Shown here: piece after piece, positions 34,573-43,429 of the stretch
How positions within the stretch are numbered: position 1 is the first letter of the stretch
Layout of the letters: every line of letters begins with the position of its first letter
Source: Candidatus Staskawiczbacteria bacterium
GTDB taxonomy: Bacteria > Patescibacteriota > Minisyncoccia > Minisyncoccales > Staskawiczbacteraceae
DNA: 64,000 nucleotides
Assembly (NCBI GenBank): GCA_041661545.1
Contig: JBAZUH010000001.1
Span: 672,148-736,147, forward strand
Direction of reading: 5' to 3'
Notes under the pieces: model-generated
What the model was told of the DNA's origin: nothing
Databases searched by the model: none
The model's input: the letters and a program-made list of their open reading frames with translations, nothing else
Made by a program: the position numbers and the translations under genes

Positions 34573-34693
34573 TTTCGCAGGTAATTTTTTGGCTAGCATG
34601 AAAAGATTTTTATTGGGTAAGCCAACGTTTAAACGTCTCAGTGCTCTTGAGGCCGGAGAGTTTATAATGATAAGGCATCTAAAAAGTAATTAA
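34573..34693 (+). pseudogene. Remnant 3' end of a GT2 paralogue (duplicate of 33602..33715)
   Basis: About 75 percent nucleotide identity by eye. It translates as FAGNFLASMKRFLLGKPTFKRLSALEAGEF.., versus SFAGNFLAGVKRFLLGKPTRKCLGALDAGGF.. at the end of 32564..33715. Confidence 0.7.
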
Positions 34694-34705
34694 ATTATGT
34701 GAGAG

Positions 34706-35374
34706 ATGAGCTATTTAAAGAAGATTAAAAAAGTTTTAGATAAAATTTTGGGTACTAAATCAAATGAATTATCATGGAGATTTAGGCATTTTTTCGATAA
34801 CGAATGGGCAAAAAGTTATATTTCAGAGTCGGCAATTAAACACCCTCATAGAAAATTGCTGGTTGAGGATATATCCAAAACTTATCCATTCGAAAACGTT
34901 TTAGAGGTTGGATGCGCGAGCGGAGCAAATCTTTATTTGTTAGCTGAAAAATTTCCTAAAGTTAGTTTTTATGGGATTGATATAAGCAAAAACGCAATAA
35001 AAGAAGGTAAAAACTTTTTTTACAGAAAAAGTTTTAAAAATATTTTTTTACAAAACTTAGGTATTAACCAGTTAGAAAATTTTACAGATAAAAGCATGGA
35101 TATTATCTTTACGGATGCAACAATAATTTATATTGGCAAAGACCAGATAGAAAAAGTTTTTAAGGAGATGTGCCGCATTGCTAAAAAAACTATTATTTTA
35201 TGTGAACAACATACAGAAGGAAAATCTTTTTATGATAATAAATGGGTGCATAATTATAGAGAAATAATAAACAAGGTTGTGCCTCAAGCCAAAATAATTT
35301 TTACAAAAATTCCAGAAAACATTTGGGCAGGCGAATGGGCAAAATATGGGTATATTATTGAAGTAAAATTATAA
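34706..35374 (+). CDS. Class I SAM-dependent methyltransferase
   Basis: Motif I 'VLEVGCASGANL' and post-I 'FYGIDIS'. Confidence 0.7.
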   Translation: MSYLKKIKKVLDKILGTKSNELSWRFRHFFDNEWAKSYISESAIKHPHRKLLVEDISKTYPFENVLEVGCASGANLYLLAEKFPKVSFYGIDISKNAIKEGKNFFYRKSFKNIFLQNLGINQLENFTDKSMDIIFTDATIIYIGKDQIEKVFKEMCRIAKKTIILCEQHTEGKSFYDNKWVHNYREIINKVVPQAKIIFTKIPENIWAGEWAKYGYIIEVKL

Positions 35375-35382
35375 TATATAAT

Positions 35383-35408
35383 AAAAAACGCCCAAAGGGC
35401 GTTTTTTT
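35383..35408. terminator. Bidirectional terminator between convergent genes
   Basis: A6-cgccc-aaa-gggcg-T7. Confidence 0.85.
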
Positions 35409-35419
35409 GTTGATGTTAA

Positions 35420-36523
35420 TCACAGCAGTTTATATAGTATTTTGCCAAGATATTTGCCCAATCCTAAATTAATTCCAAGAAATAACACAACTTTTAGTAT
35501 TAATATTTTAATTTTAAAGATATTTATATCTTCTGCAGATGTTATAAAAAAATCCCACGAAAAAGAGGTATTTATTAATTTTTTGGATTCTTGCATATTT
35601 CCTTTTATTAAAAAATTCATTGAACGTAAAGTATCATCAGCATTTTTTTGATAATTGTATTGTCGTAAATTTTTTTTGTTTATTTTTTTAATATATTGTT
35701 TATCTATTAAAAAGTAGTCCATAACATCAAAAAAGTCCGATTTCTCTGTGCGAAGAGTGTTGTATTGTTTGCCTCTGCCACTAATTCTGAAATCTATTAA
35801 GTTTTCGTGTAGTATACCTACGGAATATTTTTCTAGTATTCTTAACCACATTTCTAAATCACCTGAGCCACCAAATTGTCCATAAGCCTCAAATAATCCC
35901 AATTTATCAAATATTTCTTTTCGTACCATAAAAGTGGGGGCTACAAGAAAGCTATTCCCATATTTCATGACAGCTGTAAATACTTCTTGAAAATTATATA
36001 TATTTTTTTCACTTAGTTCTTTGGGCAAGTTGTATTGACCAATTATCTTATCGTTTTCGTTTATAATATTGCCAAGAGTAAAAACAGCCATTACTTTTGG
36101 GTTATTTGTTAAAAATTCAGCTTCTTTTTCTATGATATCTTCGTGGTATATATCATCTTGGTGGCAGAAAATTATATATTCTCCCTTTGCTAAGTTAGAT
36201 TGTACAAAACCATTGCAATGGTCTAAACAAATATCATAAAATTTGTTAGATTTTAAAGCAAAATCTTTATTTGCAACATCATAAAATTCCTCAGTTTTTA
36301 CTTGGGAAATATTTTTTCTATATATTATATTTGAGTGTTTTTTTTGTAAAGAATGTATTAATTTTTCTGTGCCATCAGTAGACTGATTATTAGAAATAAT
36401 AAATTCAAAATTAGAGTAGGTCTGTTTTAGAAGAGGATTTATGGACTTCGCCAGAAATTTTTCACAATTATAAGCAAGAAAGCAGATTGTTACTAAGGGT
36501 TTTTTACTTAAAATATTTTCCAT
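35420..36523 (-). CDS. GT2 glycosyltransferase with C-terminal membrane segment
   Basis: 'LVTICFLAYNCEKFL...LLKQTYSNFEFIISNNQSTD' and 'CHQDDIY'. Confidence 0.75.
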   Translation of the reverse strand: MENILSKKPLVTICFLAYNCEKFLAKSINPLLKQTYSNFEFIISNNQSTDGTEKLIHSLQKKHSNIIYRKNISQVKTEEFYDVANKDFALKSNKFYDICLDHCNGFVQSNLAKGEYIIFCHQDDIYHEDIIEKEAEFLTNNPKVMAVFTLGNIINENDKIIGQYNLPKELSEKNIYNFQEVFTAVMKYGNSFLVAPTFMVRKEIFDKLGLFEAYGQFGGSGDLEMWLRILEKYSVGILHENLIDFRISGRGKQYNTLRTEKSDFFDVMDYFLIDKQYIKKINKKNLRQYNYQKNADDTLRSMNFLIKGNMQESKKLINTSFSWDFFITSAEDINIFKIKILILKVVLFLGINLGLGKYLGKILYKLL

Positions 36524-36548
36524 AATTTATTGATTTTTTCCTTTATAA

Positions 36549-36569
36549 ATTGTAATATAACATTACAAT
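36549..36569. promoter_or_regulatory. 8-bp inverted repeat (attgtaat-N5-attacaat) in the divergent GT2 promoter region
   Basis: Read directly from the sequence. Candidate operator. Confidence 0.35.
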
Positions 36570-36598
36570 GAATTATAAAAAAAGACAAGTTTTCTAAA

Positions 36599-37552
36599 AT
36601 GGAAAATAATTTACCCTTAGTTACAATTGTCATATCTTGTCGCAACGAGGAAGGCTTTATTGCGAATTGTCTAGGTTCTTTTTTAGAGCAAGATTATCCA
36701 AAAGATAAAATGGAAATTTTAGTTGTAGATGGAATGTCACAAGATAATACTAGAAAAATTATTAATGATTATTTGGCCAAATACTCTTTTATAAAATTGA
36801 TAGATAATCTTAATAAATTCACTCCGTTCGCATTTAATTTGGGAATTAAAAGTTCAAAAGGGGAAATAATTTTTTTAGCTGGTGCGCATGCAAAATATGA
36901 CAAAAATTTTATTCTAAAATCTGTTCAGAGTTTATATGAATATAAAGCCGACGTTGCAGGCGGTGCTTTAAAAACGGTTCCTAAAAAAAATACAATATGG
37001 GCAAAAGCAATAGCATTTTCTCTTGCCTCTTCTTTTGGGGCGGGAAATTCTGCTTTTAGAGTGGGCGTGGATAAGCCTACGTGGGTAGATACAGTTTTTG
37101 GAGGAGGCTATAAGAAAGAAGTTTTTGATAAAGTGGGACTATTTAATGAAAATTTGATAAGAAGTCAAGATATGGAATTTGCACAAAGAATGAAAAAAGC
37201 GGGTATAAAAATTTTAATTGTGCCAGATATTGTAGCTTATTATTATCCAAAACATACCTTGATAGGATTTTTAAAGCATAATTTTAAAGATGGAATTTGG
37301 GCAGTTTATCCATTAAAGTTTGTTAAAATTCCATTTAAATTACGTCATTATATACCACTAATTTTTGTTTTAACCTTACCAATAAGTATTTGGCCATATA
37401 TTATTGTTTCTTTATATTTTTCTTGGAAAATTGCATCAAGAGAAAAAGATGCAAAATTATTTTTTGTGTTGCCTGTAGTATTTTTTGTAAGGCATTTTTC
37501 ATATGGTTTGGGCTCTTTTTTCGGATTAATAAAATTAATAATTGGAAAATAA
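36599..37552 (+). CDS. GT2 glycosyltransferase with C-terminal TM helices
   Basis: 'LVTIVISCRNEEGFI...LEQDYPKDKMEILVVDGMSQDNT' and 'SQDMEF'. Confidence 0.8.
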   Translation: MENNLPLVTIVISCRNEEGFIANCLGSFLEQDYPKDKMEILVVDGMSQDNTRKIINDYLAKYSFIKLIDNLNKFTPFAFNLGIKSSKGEIIFLAGAHAKYDKNFILKSVQSLYEYKADVAGGALKTVPKKNTIWAKAIAFSLASSFGAGNSAFRVGVDKPTWVDTVFGGGYKKEVFDKVGLFNENLIRSQDMEFAQRMKKAGIKILIVPDIVAYYYPKHTLIGFLKHNFKDGIWAVYPLKFVKIPFKLRHYIPLIFVLTLPISIWPYIIVSLYFSWKIASREKDAKLFFVLPVVFFVRHFSYGLGSFFGLIKLIIGK

Positions 37553-38147
37553 TATGTTGAAACGATTAATGGATATAATATTAGTTTTAATAGGATTTAT
37601 TATAGTCTTACCCATTATGGCGGTTGTGGCTGTTGTAATAAAAATAAACTCTCCTGGGCCGGCCTTGTATGTATCTGAAAGAATAGGGAGGAGCGGAAAA
37701 TCTTTCAAAATATATAAATTTAGGACCATGGTTGTAAACGCAGATAAAATGGGCGGGCCGTCAACAGCTGCTGATGATCCAAGGCTCACTAAAATTGGAT
37801 TGTTTTTAAAGAGGTTCCAGCTAGATGAATTACCTCAATTGTTTAATGTTTTAAAAGGAGACATGAGTTTAGTAGGCCCAAGACCAGAGGTAAAAATTTA
37901 TGTTGATATAATGACAGAAGAAGAAAAAAATGTTATTCTGTCAGTACGTCCAGGTATTACCGATTTGGCGTCTTTGTGGAACTTTCATGAGGCCGAAATA
38001 CTTAAGGGAAGCCCAGATCCAGAAAAAACCTATATGGAAAAAATTAGGCCAGAAAAGTTAAGATTGCAAATAAAATATGTTAAAGAAATGAACTTTTTAA
38101 CAGATATAAAAATTATATTTCAGACAATTTTAAAAGTATTTAAATAA
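37542..38147 (+). CDS. Small (PglC/WbaP-C-like) polyprenyl-phosphate sugar-phosphate transferase (initiating enzyme)
   Basis: 'KRLMDIILVLIGFII', 'GKSFKIYKFRTM' and 'DELPQLFNVLKGDMSLVGPRP'. Confidence 0.85.
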   Translation: MENNMLKRLMDIILVLIGFIIVLPIMAVVAVVIKINSPGPALYVSERIGRSGKSFKIYKFRTMVVNADKMGGPSTAADDPRLTKIGLFLKRFQLDELPQLFNVLKGDMSLVGPRPEVKIYVDIMTEEEKNVILSVRPGITDLASLWNFHEAEILKGSPDPEKTYMEKIRPEKLRLQIKYVKEMNFLTDIKIIFQTILKVFK

Positions 38148-38929
38148 TGGGAAAAGACTATATACAATTAGCTAATAATGCGCGTAAAAAGGTATTAGAA
38201 ATGATATGGAAGGCGCAAACAAGTCATATTGGTTCTAATTTTTCGGCTATAGACTTGCTGACTGTTTTATATGATATTGCAAAAGTTGAAGATAAAACAG
38301 ACAGAGTGATTATTTCTAAAGGGTGGATAGGAGCATCAGCTTATTATTTTTTATCAGAAAAGGGTTTAGTTCCAAAAGAAGACCTAGATACTTTTTGCCA
38401 ACCAGGTAGTAAATACATTGGTCTTTTAGAGCCAAGTGTAAATGGAGTTGATGCAGCCGGAGGATCAATGGGGTTTGGCTTGCCTTTTGCCGTTGGATTT
38501 GCGCTTGCAAAAAAAATAGCCAAAGAAAATGGAAGAATTTTTGTATTAATGGGTGATGGAGAAGTTGCCATAGGAACAACATGGGAGTCAGCTTTGATTG
38601 CTGTTCAACATAAACTAAATAATTTAACAGTTATTATTGATGCAAATGGATTGCAGGCAATGGGCCTTGTTAAAGATGTTTTAAATATAGAGCCATTAAA
38701 AGAAAAATGGCAAGCATTTGGTTGGAATGTTGCAGAAATAGATGGCCACAACTATGACGATATTAAAAAAGCCTTATTTGAAAATCAAGATTCCAGCAAA
38801 CCCAGTATTATAATTGCAAAAACAGTTAAGGGTAAAGGAGTAAGTTTTATGGAAAATAATAATATGTATCATTATAAAGAGCTATCTGATAAAGAATATC
38901 AAGATGCTTTATTAGAATTATCAAAATAA
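38147..38929 (+). CDS. Transketolase N-terminal (TPP-binding) subunit
   Basis: 'HIGSNFSAIDLL' and 'GSMGFGLPFAVG ... VLMGDGEVAIG'. Confidence 0.8.
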   Translation: MGKDYIQLANNARKKVLEMIWKAQTSHIGSNFSAIDLLTVLYDIAKVEDKTDRVIISKGWIGASAYYFLSEKGLVPKEDLDTFCQPGSKYIGLLEPSVNGVDAAGGSMGFGLPFAVGFALAKKIAKENGRIFVLMGDGEVAIGTTWESALIAVQHKLNNLTVIIDANGLQAMGLVKDVLNIEPLKEKWQAFGWNVAEIDGHNYDDIKKALFENQDSSKPSIIIAKTVKGKGVSFMENNNMYHYKELSDKEYQDALLELSK

Positions 38930-38932
38930 AAA

Positions 38933-38979
38933 ATATCGCTACGCTACGTAAACTTATATCGCTACGCTACGTAAACTTA
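38933..38979 (+). repeat. Perfect 2 x 23-bp tandem repeat (atatcgctacgctacgtaaactt) in the transketolase subunit junction
   Basis: Read directly from the sequence. The second unit runs into the ATG of 38979..39485. Confidence 0.9.
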
Positions 38980-39485
38980 TGGCTGAAATAATTAAACAAC
39001 AAGATACAAGAAGAGAGCTGGTTAGCACTCTTATAGAATTAGCAGAAAAAGATAACAAAATTGTCTTAATTGTTCCAGACGTTGGTTTTAATTACTTAGA
39101 AGAATTTAAAGAAAAATTTCCTAACAGATTTTTTAATTTTGGCGTAACTGAGCAAAGCACAATGATTATTGCTTCTGGCTTGGCTTTGGCTGGTTTTAAA
39201 CCATATGTCTACAGCATGATAAACTTTGTTGTTTTTAGGCCATATGAAATGGTTAGAAATGCTGTTTGTATGCATAATGCTAATGTTAAAATTATAGGGG
39301 TTAAGGGAAGTGAAAAATATAAATTTTTAGGCTTTAGCCATAATCTTCTTTCTGAAAATGAAGATATAAAAGTATTAGAAAATTTACCAAATTTTAAATC
39401 ATTTGTTGTTACAGATCCAAAAGAGATTAGAGACATTGTAATAGATACATATAAAAGTAATTCACCTTGTTATATAAGAATTTAA
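38979..39485 (+). CDS. Transketolase pyrimidine-binding subunit, short form (lacks the usual C-terminal domain)
   Basis: 'FFNFGVTEQSTMIIASGLALAGFKP' is typical. At 168 aa it is roughly half the usual size of split-transketolase C subunits. Confidence 0.65.
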   Translation: MAEIIKQQDTRRELVSTLIELAEKDNKIVLIVPDVGFNYLEEFKEKFPNRFFNFGVTEQSTMIIASGLALAGFKPYVYSMINFVVFRPYEMVRNAVCMHNANVKIIGVKGSEKYKFLGFSHNLLSENEDIKVLENLPNFKSFVVTDPKEIRDIVIDTYKSNSPCYIRI

Positions 39486-39495
39486 TTTAAAAAAT

Positions 39496-40440
39496 ATGAA
39501 AAAAAGGGAACAATTTGGGGCTACTGAATCTCTAGAATCAGAAGACAAAGAAAATGAATTAGAAAGAAAAAAGGCAGAATATAGAAAAATTATTGGATTA
39601 CCAGAAGGAGAGAATCCAGATTTAGTTCTTGTTTTAGATGCAGGTATTGCCGAGAGAAGAGTGGGAGATGAGGTCAGATTTTCGCCAACTTCTTATGAAG
39701 ATGAAACTGGTAACTTTTCTGAGCAAGCTGTATCTGATAGTGCAAAATATAATTTGCGTGAAACTAGCCGCGGAAATTTATTGGTTGGAGCTGGTGGTGG
39801 CAAGGCACGCGCGTTGGCTGGAAGAAACTTATTAGAGGTTTTTCAAAAAACAGATATCGTTACAGATAGTAGATACCCGGTTAGAGAGAGTAATCATCCA
39901 GAATTTCCAGCAGATCATTCTCAAATATATAAAGATTATTTAGAGGAAAAAGGCATTGAGGGCAACAGGATAGAAGAAGAAAAAGAATCAACAACTACTT
40001 TTGAAGGTTTAATAAATTTTTTAATAATGGCCATGGAAAATAATAGCCAGCATCTTGTTGTTGTTACAAATGATTACCACCTGCCAAGGACAGAAAAAAT
40101 ATTAGAACTTTTAACGGATCAAGAAAAAATACAAAAATTAAAATATATAATTGAAAGGATGCCAAAGGAGTATCAGGATAAATTAGGGGCAAAAATTGAA
40201 CAGGGTGATAATGGCGAGGTTAATTTATCTTTCGGAGATAAATCATTCTTTGAGAAATTAAAAGCAATTTCTGCACACGTTGCTTCAGCGGAAGCCATAC
40301 TAGCTTACGAAAATTCACATTACCAGGCACTATTTGCAAAGGCTAAAGAAACAGATGCATATAAAAAGAGAGTGACCTTGGAGGAGAAGGGCATTCTTCA
40401 GCTTGAAGAAGGTATATATGGCAGACAGCGAAAAGAATAA
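39496..40440 (+). CDS. DUF218/YdcF-like protein
   Basis: 'HLVVVTNDYHLPRTEKI' resembles the DUF218 SxxH..R motif. The N-terminal half is acidic. Confidence 0.4.
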   Translation: MKKREQFGATESLESEDKENELERKKAEYRKIIGLPEGENPDLVLVLDAGIAERRVGDEVRFSPTSYEDETGNFSEQAVSDSAKYNLRETSRGNLLVGAGGGKARALAGRNLLEVFQKTDIVTDSRYPVRESNHPEFPADHSQIYKDYLEEKGIEGNRIEEEKESTTTFEGLINFLIMAMENNSQHLVVVTNDYHLPRTEKILELLTDQEKIQKLKYIIERMPKEYQDKLGAKIEQGDNGEVNLSFGDKSFFEKLKAISAHVASAEAILAYENSHYQALFAKAKETDAYKKRVTLEEKGILQLEEGIYGRQRKE

Positions 40441-41572
40441 TTTAAATTATCATAATAAAAATAATATGAATAAAGTTCCATTTGTTGGTTATAAATTACA
40501 ATATCAAAATTTAAAACAAGAAATAGATTCTGCTATGCAGGATGTTTTAGCTAGGGGCGACTTAATTATGCGACAAGATAATGACGAATTTGAAGAAAAG
40601 TTAGCAAAATTTGTTGGAACAAAATATGCCATTGGCCTAAACAGTGGAACAGACGCACTGTTTTTGTCTTTATTGGCTTTGGGTGTTGGAAAGGGAGATG
40701 AAGTTATAACAGTCTCGCACACATTTGTTGCTTCAATTGCTGTTATTGCTCAAGTGGGAGCTACTCCAATATTAATTGAAGTGGGTGAAGATTTTGAAAT
40801 GGATGCTAATAAAATTGAAGAAGCCATAACAGAAAGAACAAAAGCAATTATTCCAGTGCATTATAATGGCAGAATGGCCGATATGGATAAAATAATGGAA
40901 ATTGCAAAAAAGCATAATTTATATGTTATTGAAGATGCAGCTCAAGGGCTGGGTTCTAGTTTAAATGGTAAAAAAGCAGGTTCAATTGGAATAACGGGTT
41001 GCTATAGTTTTTACCCTGCTAAAATATTAGGATGTTTTGGAGATGGGGGGGCTTTAACTACAAATGATGAAAAAATAATTGAAAAAATAAAGTTGCTTCG
41101 CGATCATGGCCAAAAAACAAAAACAGAGTTAGTTTGTTTTGGTTGGAACTCAAGATTAGATAATTTACAAGCAGCTGTTTTAAATATAAAAATGAAGTAT
41201 TTGCCCAAGTGGCTTGAGAGAAGAAGAGAAATAGCAAAAATTTATAACGAGGGATTAAAAGAGGTAAAACAAGTAAAAACTCCTTTTGGTTTTGAATCTG
41301 AAAATAGATATGATGTTTTCCAAAATTATGTTTTAAGGGCCGAAAAAAGAGATGAGTTGTATATTTATTTAAAAGAGCAAGGAGTAGAAACTTTAATAAA
41401 AGATCCTGTAGCCAATCATATGCAAGAAGGTTTAAATCTTTTGCATTTTAAACTTTCGTTTAGTGAGCAACTGGCTAAAGAAGTTATTTCTTTGCCTATG
41501 TATCCAGAGCTTACCAATGAGCAAGTTCAATATGTAATGGAATGCATTAATAATTTTTACAACAAAAAATGA
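40403..41572 (+). CDS. DegT/DnrJ/EryC1-family sugar aminotransferase; real start probably the internal Met of 'MNKVPFVGYKL'
   Basis: 'SGTDALFLSLLA', 'IEDAAQGLGS' and 'YSFYPAKILGCFGDGG'. Confidence 0.85.
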   Translation: MKKVYMADSEKNNLNYHNKNNMNKVPFVGYKLQYQNLKQEIDSAMQDVLARGDLIMRQDNDEFEEKLAKFVGTKYAIGLNSGTDALFLSLLALGVGKGDEVITVSHTFVASIAVIAQVGATPILIEVGEDFEMDANKIEEAITERTKAIIPVHYNGRMADMDKIMEIAKKHNLYVIEDAAQGLGSSLNGKKAGSIGITGCYSFYPAKILGCFGDGGALTTNDEKIIEKIKLLRDHGQKTKTELVCFGWNSRLDNLQAAVLNIKMKYLPKWLERRREIAKIYNEGLKEVKQVKTPFGFESENRYDVFQNYVLRAEKRDELYIYLKEQGVETLIKDPVANHMQEGLNLLHFKLSFSEQLAKEVISLPMYPELTNEQVQYVMECINNFYNKK

Positions 41573-43428
41573 ACATTTCGTTTTTAAAAAAAACAAGAAT
41601 AACTAAATTTTTATTTTTTTTCGTCTCAGATATAATTTTAATTTCTGGGGCAATTTTTATTGCTTTTTTAATGAGATTTGAAGGAGTTATACCACAAGAA
41701 TATTTTATAAGTGGTTTAATAATAAAGTATATATTTTTTACCTTGTTTTTCTGTTTGCCAGTTTTTTATTTTTTTAGATTATATTCTTTTTCTTGGTCTT
41801 ATGTTTCAACAAATGAGTTAATATCTCTTTTTAAAGCTACTACAATTTCTTTTATCTTTTTGGGAATTATAATATTTTTTTCTAAAGAGCTTCCTTTATT
41901 ATCGGGGCTTCCTAGGTCTGTTTTTATTATTGATTATTTTTTGGTTTTTATATTATGTGGAGGAGTTCGTATTGCTAAGAGAGTTTATTTGAGATCATCA
42001 GGAAATAGTAAAATGTCAGAAAGAGAAAAAACTTTAATTGTTGGTGCAGGTGACGCAGGAGAACAAATATTGCGCAGTATTATTTCTTCTCAAAATAGTT
42101 TGTATAATCCAGTGGCTATAGTTGACGATAATAATATAAAGCAAGGGGTTTCTATACATGGTCTTAAGGTTTTAGGCAAAATATCAGATATTCCCGACAT
42201 AATTATAGAAAAAGGAATTAAACAAATGATAGTAGCCTTGCCTTCGGCTGGAAATAAAATAATAAAAAAAGTTGTAGAGCTTGGTCGTAAATCCGGAATT
42301 CAGAAAATTAAAATAATGCCAGCATTATCAGAAATAATGTCGGGGCAAGTATCTTTTAATAATTTAAAAGATGTAGAAGCAGATGATTTATTGGGCAGAG
42401 AGCCCGTAACTTTAGATACAAAACAAATAGAAAAATTTATAAAAGATAAAATAATCTTAATTACTGGAGCAGCGGGTTCTATAGGGTCGGAGCTTTCTAG
42501 ACAGGTTGCAAAATTTGAACCAGCTTCATTGGCCCTTCTTGATCAAGATGAAACTGGGATTTTTAATATTTCCAATGAACTTTTAATGAATTTTCCATCA
42601 TTAAAAATAGTTCCCATAATTGCTGATATTACAGATAAAGAAAAAATAAATGAAGTTTTTAAAAATTATCAGCCCAAAATTATTTTTCATGCAGCTGCCT
42701 ATAAACACGTTCCTTTAATGGAAGATAGCCCCGATGAAGCAGTAAAAAATAATATTTTTGGTACAAAAATAGTAGCCGAAGCTAGTATAAGTTATAACGC
42801 AGAAAAATTTATTCTTATATCAACTGATAAAGCTGTAAATCCAGTGTCGGTAATGGGGTCTACAAAAAGAGTAGCAGAAATGTTATGTCAAACTTTAAAC
42901 CAGCAGAATGTTACAAAATTTATATCAGTGCGGTTTGGTAACGTTTTAGACAGTAGGGGAAGCGTTATCCCTATATTTAGAGAGCAAATAAAAAAAGGGG
43001 GGCCGGTTACTATTACTCACCCCGACATGAAAAGATATTTTATGCTAATACCCGAAGCATGTATTTTGGTTTTACAAGCAGGAGCCATGGGTAACGGCGG
43101 AGAAGTGTTTGTTTTAGATATGGGCGAATATGTAAAGATTATTGATTTAGCAAAAGAAATGATTAAATTATCAGGCTATGAGCCAGACAAAGATATAGCA
43201 ATTGTTTTTACTGGAATAAGACCAGGCGAAAAGCTTTTTGAAGAAATTTTAACTGCAGAAGAAGGTACTGTTGCCACGCAAAATAAAAAAATTTTTAAAG
43301 CTAAATTATCTGAAGTTGATAGTTTAATATTAAAAAACAATATAAATAAGTTAAATAATTTAATAAACGGGAAAGATAAAGACAAAATTAAGCAAGAGCT
43401 TAAATTGGTGGTTTTACAAAGCAAATAA
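41569..43428 (+). CDS. Membrane-bound CapD/PglF/WbpM-like NDP-sugar 4,6-dehydratase
   Basis: Four N-terminal TM helices, 'LIVGAGDAGEQI', 'ITGAAGSIGSEL', 'AAAYKHVP' and 'STDKAVNPVSVMGSTKR'. Confidence 0.85.
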   Translation: MNISFLKKTRITKFLFFFVSDIILISGAIFIAFLMRFEGVIPQEYFISGLIIKYIFFTLFFCLPVFYFFRLYSFSWSYVSTNELISLFKATTISFIFLGIIIFFSKELPLLSGLPRSVFIIDYFLVFILCGGVRIAKRVYLRSSGNSKMSEREKTLIVGAGDAGEQILRSIISSQNSLYNPVAIVDDNNIKQGVSIHGLKVLGKISDIPDIIIEKGIKQMIVALPSAGNKIIKKVVELGRKSGIQKIKIMPALSEIMSGQVSFNNLKDVEADDLLGREPVTLDTKQIEKFIKDKIILITGAAGSIGSELSRQVAKFEPASLALLDQDETGIFNISNELLMNFPSLKIVPIIADITDKEKINEVFKNYQPKIIFHAAAYKHVPLMEDSPDEAVKNNIFGTKIVAEASISYNAEKFILISTDKAVNPVSVMGSTKRVAEMLCQTLNQQNVTKFISVRFGNVLDSRGSVIPIFREQIKKGGPVTITHPDMKRYFMLIPEACILVLQAGAMGNGGEVFVLDMGEYVKIIDLAKEMIKLSGYEPDKDIAIVFTGIRPGEKLFEEILTAEEGTVATQNKKIFKAKLSEVDSLILKNNINKLNNLINGKDKDKIKQELKLVVLQSK

Positions 43429-43429
43429 A

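Noticed and set aside
38933-38979. Tandem 23-bp repeat as a CRISPR array
   Set aside because: There are only two contiguous units with no spacers, and no cas genes.
37535-39436. Minus-strand or alternate-frame ORFs inside the sugar transferase and transketolase genes (37535..37789, 38316..38582, 38344..38571, 39209..39436)
   Set aside because: They fully overlap confidently assigned genes, have low-complexity composition and carry no independent signals.
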